DNA of 64,000 nt from assembly GCA_964448285.1 (NCBI GenBank), contig CAYUWG010000004.1, forward strand, positions 35,314 to 99,313, given 5' to 3'. Position numbers and translations under genes: made by a program. Positions 10,686 to 19,699 of the stretch are shown in pieces. Each line of letters begins with the position of its first letter. Within the stretch, counting starts at the first letter, position 1. Below the pieces are notes generated by a model that saw only the letters and a list, made by a program, of their open reading frames with translations, was not told where the DNA came from and made no database searches. The DNA comes from an uncultured Chromatiales bacterium. GTDB taxonomy: Bacteria; Bacteroidota; Ignavibacteria; SZUA-365.

Positions 10686-11899
10686 GTCTGGCCCGAACGA
10701 GTGTGTTCACTGCTCAACGAGGCAAAGGCTTCGGTTAAAATCCTCACAGCGTCATCAGCATGATCTTCCGTAAAGATGAGCGGCGGAAGCAGGCGGATGA
10801 TTTTTCCCTGCGTCACGTTTACCAGCAAACCCCTTTCAAGTGCTTCCTGCATAAACGGTTCTGCATCGCAATTCAACTCGATCGCCATCATCATCCCCTT
10901 ACCACGCACATCGACAATCGTGTCATCGAAGCGCGCTTTCAGTTTCGACAAAGCCTCGAGGAAGTATTCAGATACACGAACAACGCTCTCCATCAACCGT
11001 TCATTCCGAATCGTGTCAATCACTGCCTTGCCTGCGGCACATGCAACGGGATTTCCGCCAAAGGTCGTACCGTGTCTGCCTAATCCGTACACGTCGGAGA
11101 GATGTTCTTGCACTAAGATCGCTCCCAGAGGTAGTCCTCCACCGAGACCTTTTGCAAGAAGAACGACGTCCGGTTCAAATGACCAATGATCGAAGGCAAA
11201 GAACTTCCCGGTCCGTCCAAGACCGGATTGTATTTCGTCAGCGACGACGAGGAACCCGAATTTCTTCCGGAGATCTTTCAGTGTATCGATGAAATGATTC
11301 GAAGCCGGAATAATGCCTGCTTCGCCTTGAATGAATTCCAGAAAGACCGCACAGGTGTTTTCGTCGATGTTTCGCTCGAGCGCTTCAACGTCGTTGAATG
11401 GGAGGTGATGACAATCATCGAGAAAAGGTTCGTACCCCTCGCGGTATTTCTCCTGAGCCATCAACGAAAGCGCGCCCATCGTTCTCCCGTGGAAGCCTCC
11501 ATGGAAGGCGACGAGCGCGGATCTCCCTAACGCTGTTCCCCATTTACGCACAAGTTTTATTGCGCCTTCCGTCGCTTCCGTGCCGCTGTTACAGAAAAAA
11601 ATCCGATCGAAACCGGAGAATGACTTGAGTGACTCCGCTAATTCTATTTGTGCAGGCTGAAGGAAAAGATTGGAGAGATGCACGTAGTTTCTGATCTGCC
11701 CCTGTATGGCTTCGAGAACATTTCTCTGGCCATAACCAAGAAGATTTACCGCGAGGCCTCCGAACAGGTCAAGATATTTTTTCCCGCTCTGCTCGAACAG
11801 GAATACGCCTTCCCCGCGGGTGATGTGGAGATTCAGTCGCCTGTACGTCGGGATCAATGTCGCTTGTTCTCGTTCGAGAAGATTCATACTTCTCGGCAA
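10682..11899 (-). CDS. argD: class-III (acetylornithine/ornithine-type) aminotransferase
   Basis: 405 aa. Motifs present are CNSGTEATEGAIK and DEIQSGLGRTGKFFAFDHW. Substrate assignment within the family is uncertain. Confidence 0.78.
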   Translation of the reverse strand: MPRSMNLLEREQATLIPTYRRLNLHITRGEGVFLFEQSGKKYLDLFGGLAVNLLGYGQRNVLEAIQGQIRNYVHLSNLFLQPAQIELAESLKSFSGFDRIFFCNSGTEATEGAIKLVRKWGTALGRSALVAFHGGFHGRTMGALSLMAQEKYREGYEPFLDDCHHLPFNDVEALERNIDENTCAVFLEFIQGEAGIIPASNHFIDTLKDLRKKFGFLVVADEIQSGLGRTGKFFAFDHWSFEPDVVLLAKGLGGGLPLGAILVQEHLSDVYGLGRHGTTFGGNPVACAAGKAVIDTIRNERLMESVVRVSEYFLEALSKLKARFDDTIVDVRGKGMMMAIELNCDAEPFMQEALERGLLVNVTQGKIIRLLPPLIFTEDHADDAVRILTEAFASLSSEHTRSGQT

Positions 11900-12525
11900 A
11901 GCTCCTCTATCAACCTGACTATGAACAGTGCGTTCTTCTGCAGCATCTCTTTCGAACCATCATTTTTCAGAACGAAGTCGGCACGTCTCGCCTTTTTGTC
12001 CTGTGGAAGTTGCAGCGCTTTGCGGCGCTCGATTTCACTCTTGGTAACGACGCGGCTCATTCTGTCCACGACAACGTGATCCGGTGCTGTGACGCAAATG
12101 ATATAGTCGAACTCTCCCTCGATTCGCGCTTCGTAGATGAGCGCTGATTCGACGAAAACGAATCGTGCGCCTTCACCCGAAAGAGATTCTGCTTCTCGTC
12201 GAATACGTTCGATAGCAGTCGGGTGGACGATACGATTCAACGATTCCAGCGCACGTTTGCTTTCGAATGCTTTCGATGCGAGTGCAGGCCGGTTCACCTT
12301 TCCATCATTCATAAAAACTTCCGCGCCGAAAACTTCACGCACCTGGGCCTGAACGATCTCATCGCCGTCGAGAATCTCTTTCGCGATGTCATCGCTGTTG
12401 AGAACGGGATATCGGGATCCGATGGCATCACCAACCGTTGATTTCCCAACTCCGATACCTCCGGTAATTCCGATAATGTGGTACGAACGACTGTGCTCTG
12501 ACGCTATCGCATCGTTATTTCGCAT
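11884..12525 (-). CDS. coaE: dephospho-CoA kinase
   Basis: It has the P-loop IGITGGIGVGKST. The track ORF extends to 12657, but that stretch overlaps rny, so the internal Met at 12525 is preferred. Confidence 0.85.
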   Translation of the reverse strand: MRNNDAIASEHSRSYHIIGITGGIGVGKSTVGDAIGSRYPVLNSDDIAKEILDGDEIVQAQVREVFGAEVFMNDGKVNRPALASKAFESKRALESLNRIVHPTAIERIRREAESLSGEGARFVFVESALIYEARIEGEFDYIICVTAPDHVVVDRMSRVVTKSEIERRKALQLPQDKKARRADFVLKNDGSKEMLQKNALFIVRLIEELCREV

Positions 12526-14083
12526 ACGCGATAGAGCGTTTCTCCCGAATGACGGTAACCTTGATCTGCCCGGGGTATTCCATTTCCTTCTGAATTTTTT
12601 CGGCAATGTCGTTTGCAAGTTGATCGGAAAGCGCATCATCGATACGGTCGTGTTCAACCATCACGCGCACTTCTCGTCCGGCTTGAATGGCGTAAGTCTT
12701 CGCTACGCCTTCAAAGCCCTTCGCAATGGATTCGAGCTTTTCGAGACGCTTGATATATCCTTCGAGTGACTCCCTGCGCGCACCCGGCCGAGCGCCGCTG
12801 ATTGAGTCTGCTGCCTGAACGATGGGTGCGTACGGCGACTCCATTTCGATATCGTCGTGGTGCGCTCCGACGGCATTGATGACAATGGGATGCTCGCGGT
12901 ATTTGCGGACAAGCTCCATTCCAAGCAAGGCATGCGGTCCTTCGATATTTCGATCCACACACTTTCCGATATCGTGAAAGAGGCCTGCGCGTACAGCGAG
13001 TTTCGGATCGAGATTGAGTTCCGTCGCCATAATGCCACACAGCCAGGCGACTTCCACCGAGTGCTGCAAAAGGTTTTGCCCATAGCTTGAGCGGTACTTC
13101 ATTCTTCCTACATACCGCTTGATTTCCGCGTGTGCATTATGAATGCCGAGATCCAACAATGTGTTTTCCCCGACGCGGAACAACTCTTCTTCCAGATCCT
13201 TGCGCACCTTCTCCACTACTTCCTCGATGCGTGCCGGATGAATTCGTCCGTCGGACATGAGTGTCTCAAGGGAAATACGCGCGACTTCACGACGAAACGG
13301 ATCGAATCCGGAAAGAATCACAGCTTCCGGCGTGTCATCGACGATGACATCGATACCTGTTGCAGCTTCGAATGCCCGAATGTTTCGTCCTTCCTTGCCG
13401 ATGATGCGTCCTTTCATTTCATCATTCTGCAGGTTGACGACACTCACGGTCGTCTCAACGGAATGATCCGATGCCGTGCGTTGAATCGCTTGCAGGATGA
13501 CCCGTCTCGATTCCTGCTTCGCTACAGCCTTCATTTCGTCACGTATCTCTTTCAGCTGCTGCGCTGCCTGGAGTTTAGCGTCATTGATCAAAGATTCGAT
13601 GAGAAGGTTCTTTGCTTCATCGCGTGACATTCCGGAGATGCGTTCCAATTGCTCGATCTGTTGATCCTTTGCTTTTCTTATTTCAGACTGTTGTTCCTCC
13701 ATCACCTGTGCTTGCTTCTGAAGCTTGACTTCGAGGTCCTTGACCCCGGCTTCTTTTCTACTGAGCACATCGAGGCGCGCGGTGATGGATTCTTCCTTGG
13801 ATGCGAGTTGCTTTTCCTGATTGATGAGCTTGCTGCGCATCTTGTTCAGTTCCCGTTCCACCTCATGCTTTCGTCGCATGATTTCGTCTTTCGCTTCGAG
13901 AACTTTTTCCTTCTTGATGTTCGCGGCGTTCTTTTCGGCTTCTTTCACTATTTCCGATGCGCGGGCTTCGGCGTCAGAAATTTTGTTTTTCCCCATGCGT
14001 GAACTGATGAACCACCCAAGCAGGAGAAAACCAGCACAGAGCAAAGCGATCATGGGGATGAGGAGTGTGAGATCGATATTCAT
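12515..14083 (-). CDS. rny: ribonuclease Y
   Basis: 522 aa with an N-terminal TM helix, a coiled coil, a KH domain (IGKEGRNIRAFE) and an HD domain (LFHDIGK). Confidence 0.93.
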   Translation of the reverse strand: MNIDLTLLIPMIALLCAGFLLLGWFISSRMGKNKISDAEARASEIVKEAEKNAANIKKEKVLEAKDEIMRRKHEVERELNKMRSKLINQEKQLASKEESITARLDVLSRKEAGVKDLEVKLQKQAQVMEEQQSEIRKAKDQQIEQLERISGMSRDEAKNLLIESLINDAKLQAAQQLKEIRDEMKAVAKQESRRVILQAIQRTASDHSVETTVSVVNLQNDEMKGRIIGKEGRNIRAFEAATGIDVIVDDTPEAVILSGFDPFRREVARISLETLMSDGRIHPARIEEVVEKVRKDLEEELFRVGENTLLDLGIHNAHAEIKRYVGRMKYRSSYGQNLLQHSVEVAWLCGIMATELNLDPKLAVRAGLFHDIGKCVDRNIEGPHALLGMELVRKYREHPIVINAVGAHHDDIEMESPYAPIVQAADSISGARPGARRESLEGYIKRLEKLESIAKGFEGVAKTYAIQAGREVRVMVEHDRIDDALSDQLANDIAEKIQKEMEYPGQIKVTVIREKRSIAYAK

Positions 14084-14098
14084 ATTGAGTGCCTTGAT

Positions 14099-14311
14099 AA
14101 AAAAACCGCACTACCCCTGCAGATCAAAGGTTTCAAGAAGAACCCTTACAGACACAGTGGGTAAATGCCTTATCATCTTTTGCTTCCACTGTTGGCAGTG
14201 CCAATCCCGAAGGATGAGGCCTGCAATTGATGAGAAGAGCGAGATTCCCGTTAAGAAAGTGTTGGTTCTTATTTAACGGTGGTCTGTGACAGGAGTAGTG
14301 CGGTTATTTTT
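14099..14311 (-). ncRNA. ssrS: candidate 6S-like RNA (structured ncRNA downstream of zapA)
   Basis: The 241-nt non-coding gap between zapA and rny contains a ~21-bp long-range closing helix (14099-14120 with 14288-14311; core AACCGCACUAC/GUAGUGCGGUU). Inside it lie an ~18/17-nt internal loop, an inner helix (AAGAACC/GGUUCUU) and apical hairpins including a UUCG tetraloop. The 3' end is a U7 run. The position after zapA matches the E. coli zapA-ssrS arrangement. Confidence 0.45.
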
Positions 14312-14324
14312 CAATACGAAGGTA

Positions 14325-14609
14325 TCAGCCTTCCAATAGATCGTCTAACTGTTTCGACAGAGAACGGATGTCCATCTCTGCCTGCTTTAGCACATTTCGG
14401 GAAGCATTCTGTTCGTGAAAAAGCGATTCAGATACATTCAGCGCGGAAAGAACGGCAAGAGTTACCGGAGGTTGATCCGGTATCTGACCGTGCATTTCTG
14501 TCATCATTCTATCGAGATGCTGCGCAGCTTTGTACGTCAATTGCTCGTCGTCGACGCGCAATGGGTACTCTGTGCCATAAATCCGTACGCGAATGCTTTT
14601 CTGATCCAT
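14325..14609 (-). CDS. zapA: cell division protein ZapA
   Basis: 94 aa. The pattern V.IYG.EY.L......Y...AA..LD..M.E...LAVL.ALN resembles ZapA. Confidence 0.72.
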   Translation of the reverse strand: MDQKSIRVRIYGTEYPLRVDDEQLTYKAAQHLDRMMTEMHGQIPDQPPVTLAVLSALNVSESLFHEQNASRNVLKQAEMDIRSLSKQLDDLLEG

Positions 14610-14661
14610 TATTAAGTGGTGCCTTCTGTTATTGTCCTATCTGTGATTCAGCGAAAGAGCT

Positions 14662-14982
14662 TCATCCTAAGTGTGCGTTGATGCGCGTCAGGAGATCATT
14701 GATTTGTCGCTCTAACGCCTCTCGCTCGTCAGGCGAAAGATATAAAAGTCTCTCTCCAACATCAATAAGTCCACTTGCATCTTTTCCCTTGCCAGAACTC
14801 GATCGGGCAGGATCACCTTTTACAGCATGAGCGAGTTGCTCTTTAAGTTCAGCGTTCTCTTCCTTGAGTCGTCGGAGCGCTTCTACCGTCTTTGTCAGCT
14901 TCCTTTTCAACTCATCGAGCGCTTCGAGAAAGCTTTTGAGGGCGGGATTATCTTCTTTGGGAGAGAGTTCCTGAACTTCCAT
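14662..14982 (-). CDS. hypothetical coiled-coil protein (possible ZapB-like partner)
   Basis: 106 aa with heptad-rich, Lys/Glu/Leu-rich termini. It lies directly upstream of zapA. I recognise no family. Confidence 0.55.
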   Translation of the reverse strand: MEVQELSPKEDNPALKSFLEALDELKRKLTKTVEALRRLKEENAELKEQLAHAVKGDPARSSSGKGKDASGLIDVGERLLYLSPDEREALERQINDLLTRINAHLG

Positions 14983-15001
14983 GGTGTGACTCCTTTGGCG
15001 A

Positions 15002-17395
15002 TTAGGTGCGCAAAGATGCGTTGAACACTGTCTGATAGTGACGAAGGATCGTATCCATGCTCGATTGAATATCCAGATCCGTCAGGGTATGCTCATCCGA
15101 TTTGAATACGAACGCCAATGTAATGCTCTTTTTCTCCTCTAATTCTGTCTTCGCATAAAGATCGATGATGCGGACGCTATCAAGAAATTTCGCGCCGGAT
15201 TCCCATGCGGCATCGTTAAGAGTTTTGGCTGGAACGGATTGGTTCACCACAAGAGCTAAATCGCGAAGCACGAGGGGGAATCGTGAGACTGGTTTGTAAA
15301 CGGGTGATACCGCATATCTTCTTTCTAATCCTGAGAGGGACATCTCGGCAAGGAATACCGGTTTGTCGAGTTCGAACACCGAAGCAATAGTTTCCGGGAT
15401 GGTCATACAATAGCCGATGGATTCACCCGCGGCGGATATGCTCAACGAACAATCGCCGTAAGTGCCGGAGCTATCATAGACAAAGTCGATTTCATTATCA
15501 AGTCCAAGAGCACGGAAAAGCGATTCGAGGGCTCCCTTGAGATCGAAGAAATCGAAGGGTCTTTCCGCCGTAAACCATTCACGTTGCTGTGCAATCCCGG
15601 ATAACGCGAATCCGACGTGGATTTCCTCTCGATAACGAGCGAATACATCCGCATCTTTCGATGGACTATCTACGAGTGTGAACACAGAGCCGATTTCAAA
15701 GAGCCGTAAGTCTGATGTTCCGTTACGAACATTGTGATCGACTGCATGGAGTAACGATGGAAGTAATCCCGGGCGTAGAATGGGTGCTTCTTTGCTCACG
15801 GGATTGAGCACTTCGACCAGGCCATCCTTTGTAACTGCTTTCGCATGAGTTCGGGAAATCAAGCTCGGCGAAAGAATCTCATCGAAGCCGAGTGAGAGCG
15901 CTATTCCACGTATTCGTGTGATAAAACTTTCGGCATCGCTGCGCCTCGCGGAATGAATCTGCGTGCGCTCCGGAGTTGGAATATTGTCATAGCCAAAGAT
16001 GCGTGCGATTTCTTCGATCAAGTCAACTTCACGCTCGATATCCGTCGCAAACGAGGGCACGGCGCAATCGAATGTGGGTTCCATCTTCGAGATTCGATAT
16101 CCTAACGCTTCAAGAATCGCTCGCTGTTTTTCTTCCGGGATTTGAACTCCAAGAACACGGTTCACCCGATCCGGTCGCATTGATATCGTTTTTGTCAGAA
16201 GCGTTTCAGGATAAACGTCTGTCAGTCCTTCGTATGTCCCGCCAGCGATTTCGAGGATCAAATCAACCGCGCGTTGTAACGCCCACACCGTTCTTTCCGG
16301 ATCGGTGCGACGCTCGAAGCGATAACTGGATTCCGTCGAAAGCCCCAGATACTTCGCAGTTCTCCTCACGGAAGCAGGATCGAAGAAGGCGCTCTCAAGA
16401 AAAATGTCCGTTGTTCGATCAGAGATGCCACTGTTCACTCCTCCCATCACACCAGCGATTGCAACCGGTTTGATCGCGTCGCAGATGAGAAGAGCGCGCT
16501 CAGGCAACACGCGTTCGATTTCATCGAGAGTCGTGAACCGCTCCTCCTCCCGTGCCTGCCGAATAACGATTTTGCCGCCTTCCAAACTTGTCAGATCGAA
16601 TGCATGCATCGGCTGTCCGATTTCAAGCATGACATAGTTTGTAATATCGACGACGTTGTTGATCGCTCGAATCCCCGCAAAGTGCAGTGCATTGCGAAGC
16701 CATTCCGGAGAGTCTTCAATGCGTACACCACGGATGACTGCGCCGGAGTATCGCGGACAATCCTCGGTCGCAAAATTCTCGATTGCAACAGTCGATTGCC
16801 CTATCGTCGAATCGGACGATACCGACGGAATGCGGAATGTCGTGCCGAGGAGCGCCGCGAGATCACGCGCCACACCGACGTGGGAAAGAGCATCTCCGCG
16901 ATTTGGCGTAATCCCGATTTCGAAGGAAACGTCATCCAATCCGAGGGCTTCGAGGAGTGGTTGCCCTATTTGTACATCGTCTGAAAGAACGAGAATTCCG
17001 CTATGATCAGCGCTCAATCCCAATTCGGATTCAGAGCAAATCATCCCATGAGAAACGACGCCGCGAATCGCTCGCTCTTCGATTGTGATTCCAGCCGCTT
17101 TGATGAATGCACCGACACGAGCGAAGGCTACCTTCTGCCCAGCATCGACATTGGGCGCACCGCAAACGACTACGAATTCATTCGATCCGTCATCGACGAT
17201 GCAGACGGAGAGTTTATCCGCTTTTTGATGGCGGTCCTTTTGCTTCACCAAACCGACAACGATGTTCCGATAATCTGCGCGGTTGTCGATCACAGCTTCA
17301 CACTCGAGACCGACGCGTGTCAACATACTTGCTACCTCTGCCGGAGCGTCGGGAAGGTCGATATACTTTCGCAGCCAACGGAGAGAAATGGTCAT
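15002..17395 (-). CDS. pheT: phenylalanine--tRNA ligase beta subunit
   Basis: 797 aa. It has the N-terminal tRNA-binding domain (MTISLRWLRKY), plus B3/4, B5 and FDX-ACB domains. Confidence 0.95.
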   Translation of the reverse strand: MTISLRWLRKYIDLPDAPAEVASMLTRVGLECEAVIDNRADYRNIVVGLVKQKDRHQKADKLSVCIVDDGSNEFVVVCGAPNVDAGQKVAFARVGAFIKAAGITIEERAIRGVVSHGMICSESELGLSADHSGILVLSDDVQIGQPLLEALGLDDVSFEIGITPNRGDALSHVGVARDLAALLGTTFRIPSVSSDSTIGQSTVAIENFATEDCPRYSGAVIRGVRIEDSPEWLRNALHFAGIRAINNVVDITNYVMLEIGQPMHAFDLTSLEGGKIVIRQAREEERFTTLDEIERVLPERALLICDAIKPVAIAGVMGGVNSGISDRTTDIFLESAFFDPASVRRTAKYLGLSTESSYRFERRTDPERTVWALQRAVDLILEIAGGTYEGLTDVYPETLLTKTISMRPDRVNRVLGVQIPEEKQRAILEALGYRISKMEPTFDCAVPSFATDIEREVDLIEEIARIFGYDNIPTPERTQIHSARRSDAESFITRIRGIALSLGFDEILSPSLISRTHAKAVTKDGLVEVLNPVSKEAPILRPGLLPSLLHAVDHNVRNGTSDLRLFEIGSVFTLVDSPSKDADVFARYREEIHVGFALSGIAQQREWFTAERPFDFFDLKGALESLFRALGLDNEIDFVYDSSGTYGDCSLSISAAGESIGYCMTIPETIASVFELDKPVFLAEMSLSGLERRYAVSPVYKPVSRFPLVLRDLALVVNQSVPAKTLNDAAWESGAKFLDSVRIIDLYAKTELEEKKSITLAFVFKSDEHTLTDLDIQSSMDTILRHYQTVFNASLRT

Positions 17396-17396
17396 A

Positions 17397-18461
17397 TCAG
17401 ATGAACTGTCGGTTTACACGCATGTCATTTTCAAACAGGAGCCTGATGTCATCGATCCCGTACCGCAACATCGCTGTGCGTTCGATGCCCATTCCGAATG
17501 CATAGCCGGTATAGACTTCAGGATCATAGCCGACGAAACGAAAGACATTCGGGTCAACCATTCCGCATCCGAGCACCTCCAACCATCCGGAATACTTGCA
17601 CACACGACACCCTTTGCCTCGACAGAGATAACAGGTGATATCCATTTCCGCTGAAGGCTCCGTGAACGGGAAATAACTGGGGCGAAAACGGTACGAGAGT
17701 GATTCGCCGTAAAACTGTTTCGCGAAGGAAACGAGCGTGCCTTTTAAATCGGCAAAGGTCACATCAGTATCGACATAGAGTCCTTCGATCTGATGAAACT
17801 GCATGTGGCTTCGAGAGCTGACGACTTCGTTACGAAAGACACGTCCCGGCATTATGACGCGAATCGGCGGTTGATGCTTTTCCATCACGCGAATTTGGAC
17901 CGGTGATGTATGTGTACGGAGAACAAGATCCTTTTCGACGAAGAACGTGTCCTGCATGTCACGCGCGGGGTGATTTGCCGGAAAGTTCAGTGCTTCGAAA
18001 TTGTAGTAATCACTTTCAAGCTCGGGACCTATCGCCACGCTGAAACCCATTCCAATGAAAATGTTCTTCACGTCATCCGTCGTGCGCGTGATGATGTGTT
18101 GATGACCGAGTGGCATTCGTCGTCCCGGGAGAGTTAAATCCTCTCTCGGTGTCGGCGCATTCTTTTCCGCCGACGTGCGTTGCTCTGCCGTCTCGTATAG
18201 TGCTTCGGATTCTTGCTTCAGTTCGTTGAGAAGTTTTCCGAGGAGTGGTTTCTCATCACGAGGTGCGTTCTTCAGTTCCTCGAAAAGGGCTGCAATCTTT
18301 CCCTTTCGGGCGAGATAGGTAATGCGAAATCTCTCCAGATCATCGGCACTTGAAAGCAATGAAGCAGCCTCTCGAATTTCTTCGAGAAGCGCTTGAATCT
18401 GTTCTTTCACTGGAATTCCTCTGGAGGGTACAACCTGATCGTGCGAAAGCAGCGGATGCAT
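17397..18461 (-). CDS. pheS: phenylalanine--tRNA ligase alpha subunit
   Basis: 354 aa with class II motifs (FRNE...[16 protein letters not shown]). Confidence 0.95.
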   Translation of the reverse strand: MHPLLSHDQVVPSRGIPVKEQIQALLEEIREAASLLSSADDLERFRITYLARKGKIAALFEELKNAPRDEKPLLGKLLNELKQESEALYETAEQRTSAEKNAPTPREDLTLPGRRMPLGHQHIITRTTDDVKNIFIGMGFSVAIGPELESDYYNFEALNFPANHPARDMQDTFFVEKDLVLRTHTSPVQIRVMEKHQPPIRVIMPGRVFRNEVVSSRSHMQFHQIEGLYVDTDVTFADLKGTLVSFAKQFYGESLSYRFRPSYFPFTEPSAEMDITCYLCRGKGCRVCKYSGWLEVLGCGMVDPNVFRFVGYDPEVYTGYAFGMGIERTAMLRYGIDDIRLLFENDMRVNRQFI

Positions 18462-18475
18462 GCACGAGGCAGGGT

Positions 18476-18823
18476 TTAGTTCGTAGCGTACCGGACTATT
18501 TCTGCGAAAGCGTTCGTGTCATTCACTGCGATATCAGCAAGCACTTTGCGATTGATATCGATGTTCTTTTCAGAGAGTCCGTGAATGAGTTTCGAATAGG
18601 AGGTTCCATGAACGCGCGCCGCAGCATTGATGCGAGCGATCCAAAGCTGGCGAAACGTTCGTTTCTTGGCTCGACGATCCCGATACGCATACTGCAATCC
18701 TTTATCGACGTGGTGCTTTGCAACAGTGTATATCTTGCTTCTCCCCGCAACCATGCCTTTCGCGCGGTCGAGTATTTTCTTTCGTCTGCGATGTGATGCG
18801 ACTTTATTTTTTGAACGTGGCAT
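18476..18823 (-). CDS. rplT: 50S ribosomal protein L20
   Basis: 115 aa containing [18 protein letters not shown]...YAYRDRR.KKR.FR.LWI.RINAA. Confidence 0.95.
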   Translation of the reverse strand: MPRSKNKVASHRRRKKILDRAKGMVAGRSKIYTVAKHHVDKGLQYAYRDRRAKKRTFRQLWIARINAAARVHGTSYSKLIHGLSEKNIDINRKVLADIAVNDTNAFAEIVRYATN

Positions 18824-18842
18824 TGAGATTTATCCTTCGAGT

Positions 18843-19037
18843 TTATCCGAGCACGAGTCTTTTCATTTGAGCGGTTTGGGTTGAATCGACCATGGTCGCG
18901 CTGCGGAGATTCCTTTTGCGCTTGGTCGATTTCTTTGTAAGGATGTGGCTGCGATACGCCTTTTCCCTCTTCAGTTTGCCGGAACCGGTAACTTTGAACC
19001 GCTTCTTAGCTCCGGATTTTCCTTTGTATTTAGGCAT
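18843..19037 (-). CDS. rpmI: 50S ribosomal protein L35
   Basis: 64 aa containing [25 protein letters not shown]...H. Confidence 0.93.
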   Translation of the reverse strand: MPKYKGKSGAKKRFKVTGSGKLKREKAYRSHILTKKSTKRKRNLRSATMVDSTQTAQMKRLVLG

Positions 19038-19100
19038 GATACCTCTGTTGTGTTATTGCTTTGAAAAAGTATTTCTCACTCATCTGTTTCAATCAAACCG

Positions 19101-19111
19101 TGACAAATATA
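19101..19111 (-). promoter_or_regulatory. candidate FCB-type -7 promoter box (TATATTTGTCA) upstream of rpmI-rplT
   Basis: The minus strand reads TATATTTG, matching the TAnnTTTG consensus. It sits ~66 nt upstream of the rpmI ATG. An identical 11-mer occurs upstream of tRNA-Val. Confidence 0.3.
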
Positions 19112-19118
19112 CGGAATC

Positions 19119-19682
19119 TCAAGAGGCTTCCACTTTCTTCGTCTGCGTTTTGATTTTCTTTTTGTCGGGCGAGAAGATGGCGATCATCGAACGGCCTTCC
19201 ATGTTCGGTTCACGTTCGACTATAGCCAAATCTTCCAACTGTTCTTTGAATTTCTCAAGCAACTTCAGTCCGAATTCCTGATGCGCCATTTGACGACCGC
19301 GAAAAACGACCGATGCTTTCACCTTGTTGCCATCGATGAGAAACTGCCGCGCATGGCGAACCTTGAAGTCGAAGTCGTGTGTGTCTGTGTTCGGATGAAA
19401 CCGCACTTCCTTTACGAGAATGATCTGTTGCCGTTTGCGCTGAAGCTTTTCCCTTTTCTGTTGTTCGTACTTGAACTTGCCGTAGTCCATGATCCGGCAG
19501 ACCGGCGGTTTTGCTTGCGGAGCGATTTCAACTAAATCCAGCTCCTTTTCGCTTGCGATTTTTCGAGCTTTCGATACGGGGACAATCCCAATCTGCTCGC
19601 CGTCCGGTCCTATGAGGCGACATTCCTTGCCTGTAATTTCTTCGTTTGTCCGGACTCTGTTCTGCTTGTTATTCGTGCTCGT
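19119..19682 (-). CDS. infC: translation initiation factor IF-3 (non-canonical start; exact start uncertain)
   Basis: The track ORF (19119..19490) is only the C-terminal domain. The same frame stays open up to the stop at 19695-19697 and encodes the conserved N-terminal domain (RVRTNEEITGKECRLIGPDGEQIGIVPVSKARKIASEKELDLVEIAPQAKPPVCRIMDYGKFKYE). There is no in-frame ATG/GTG/TTG in that stretch. A GGAGG lies at 19688-19692. Confidence 0.85.
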   Translation of the reverse strand, partial: TSTNNKQNRVRTNEEITGKECRLIGPDGEQIGIVPVSKARKIASEKELDLVEIAPQAKPPVCRIMDYGKFKYEQQKREKLQRKRQQIILVKEVRFHPNTDTHDFDFKVRHARQFLIDGNKVKASVVFRGRQMAHQEFGLKLLEKFKEQLEDLAIVEREPNMEGRSMIAIFSPDKKKIKTQTKKVEAS

Positions 19683-19699
19683 GTGACCTCCAGATTATG

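Noticed and set aside
12703-13083. Alternative-frame same-strand ORFs (126 and 109 aa) within rny.
   Set aside because: They are nested in the conserved KH/HD region of RNase Y in other frames and have Arg/Ser-rich composition, so they are artefacts.
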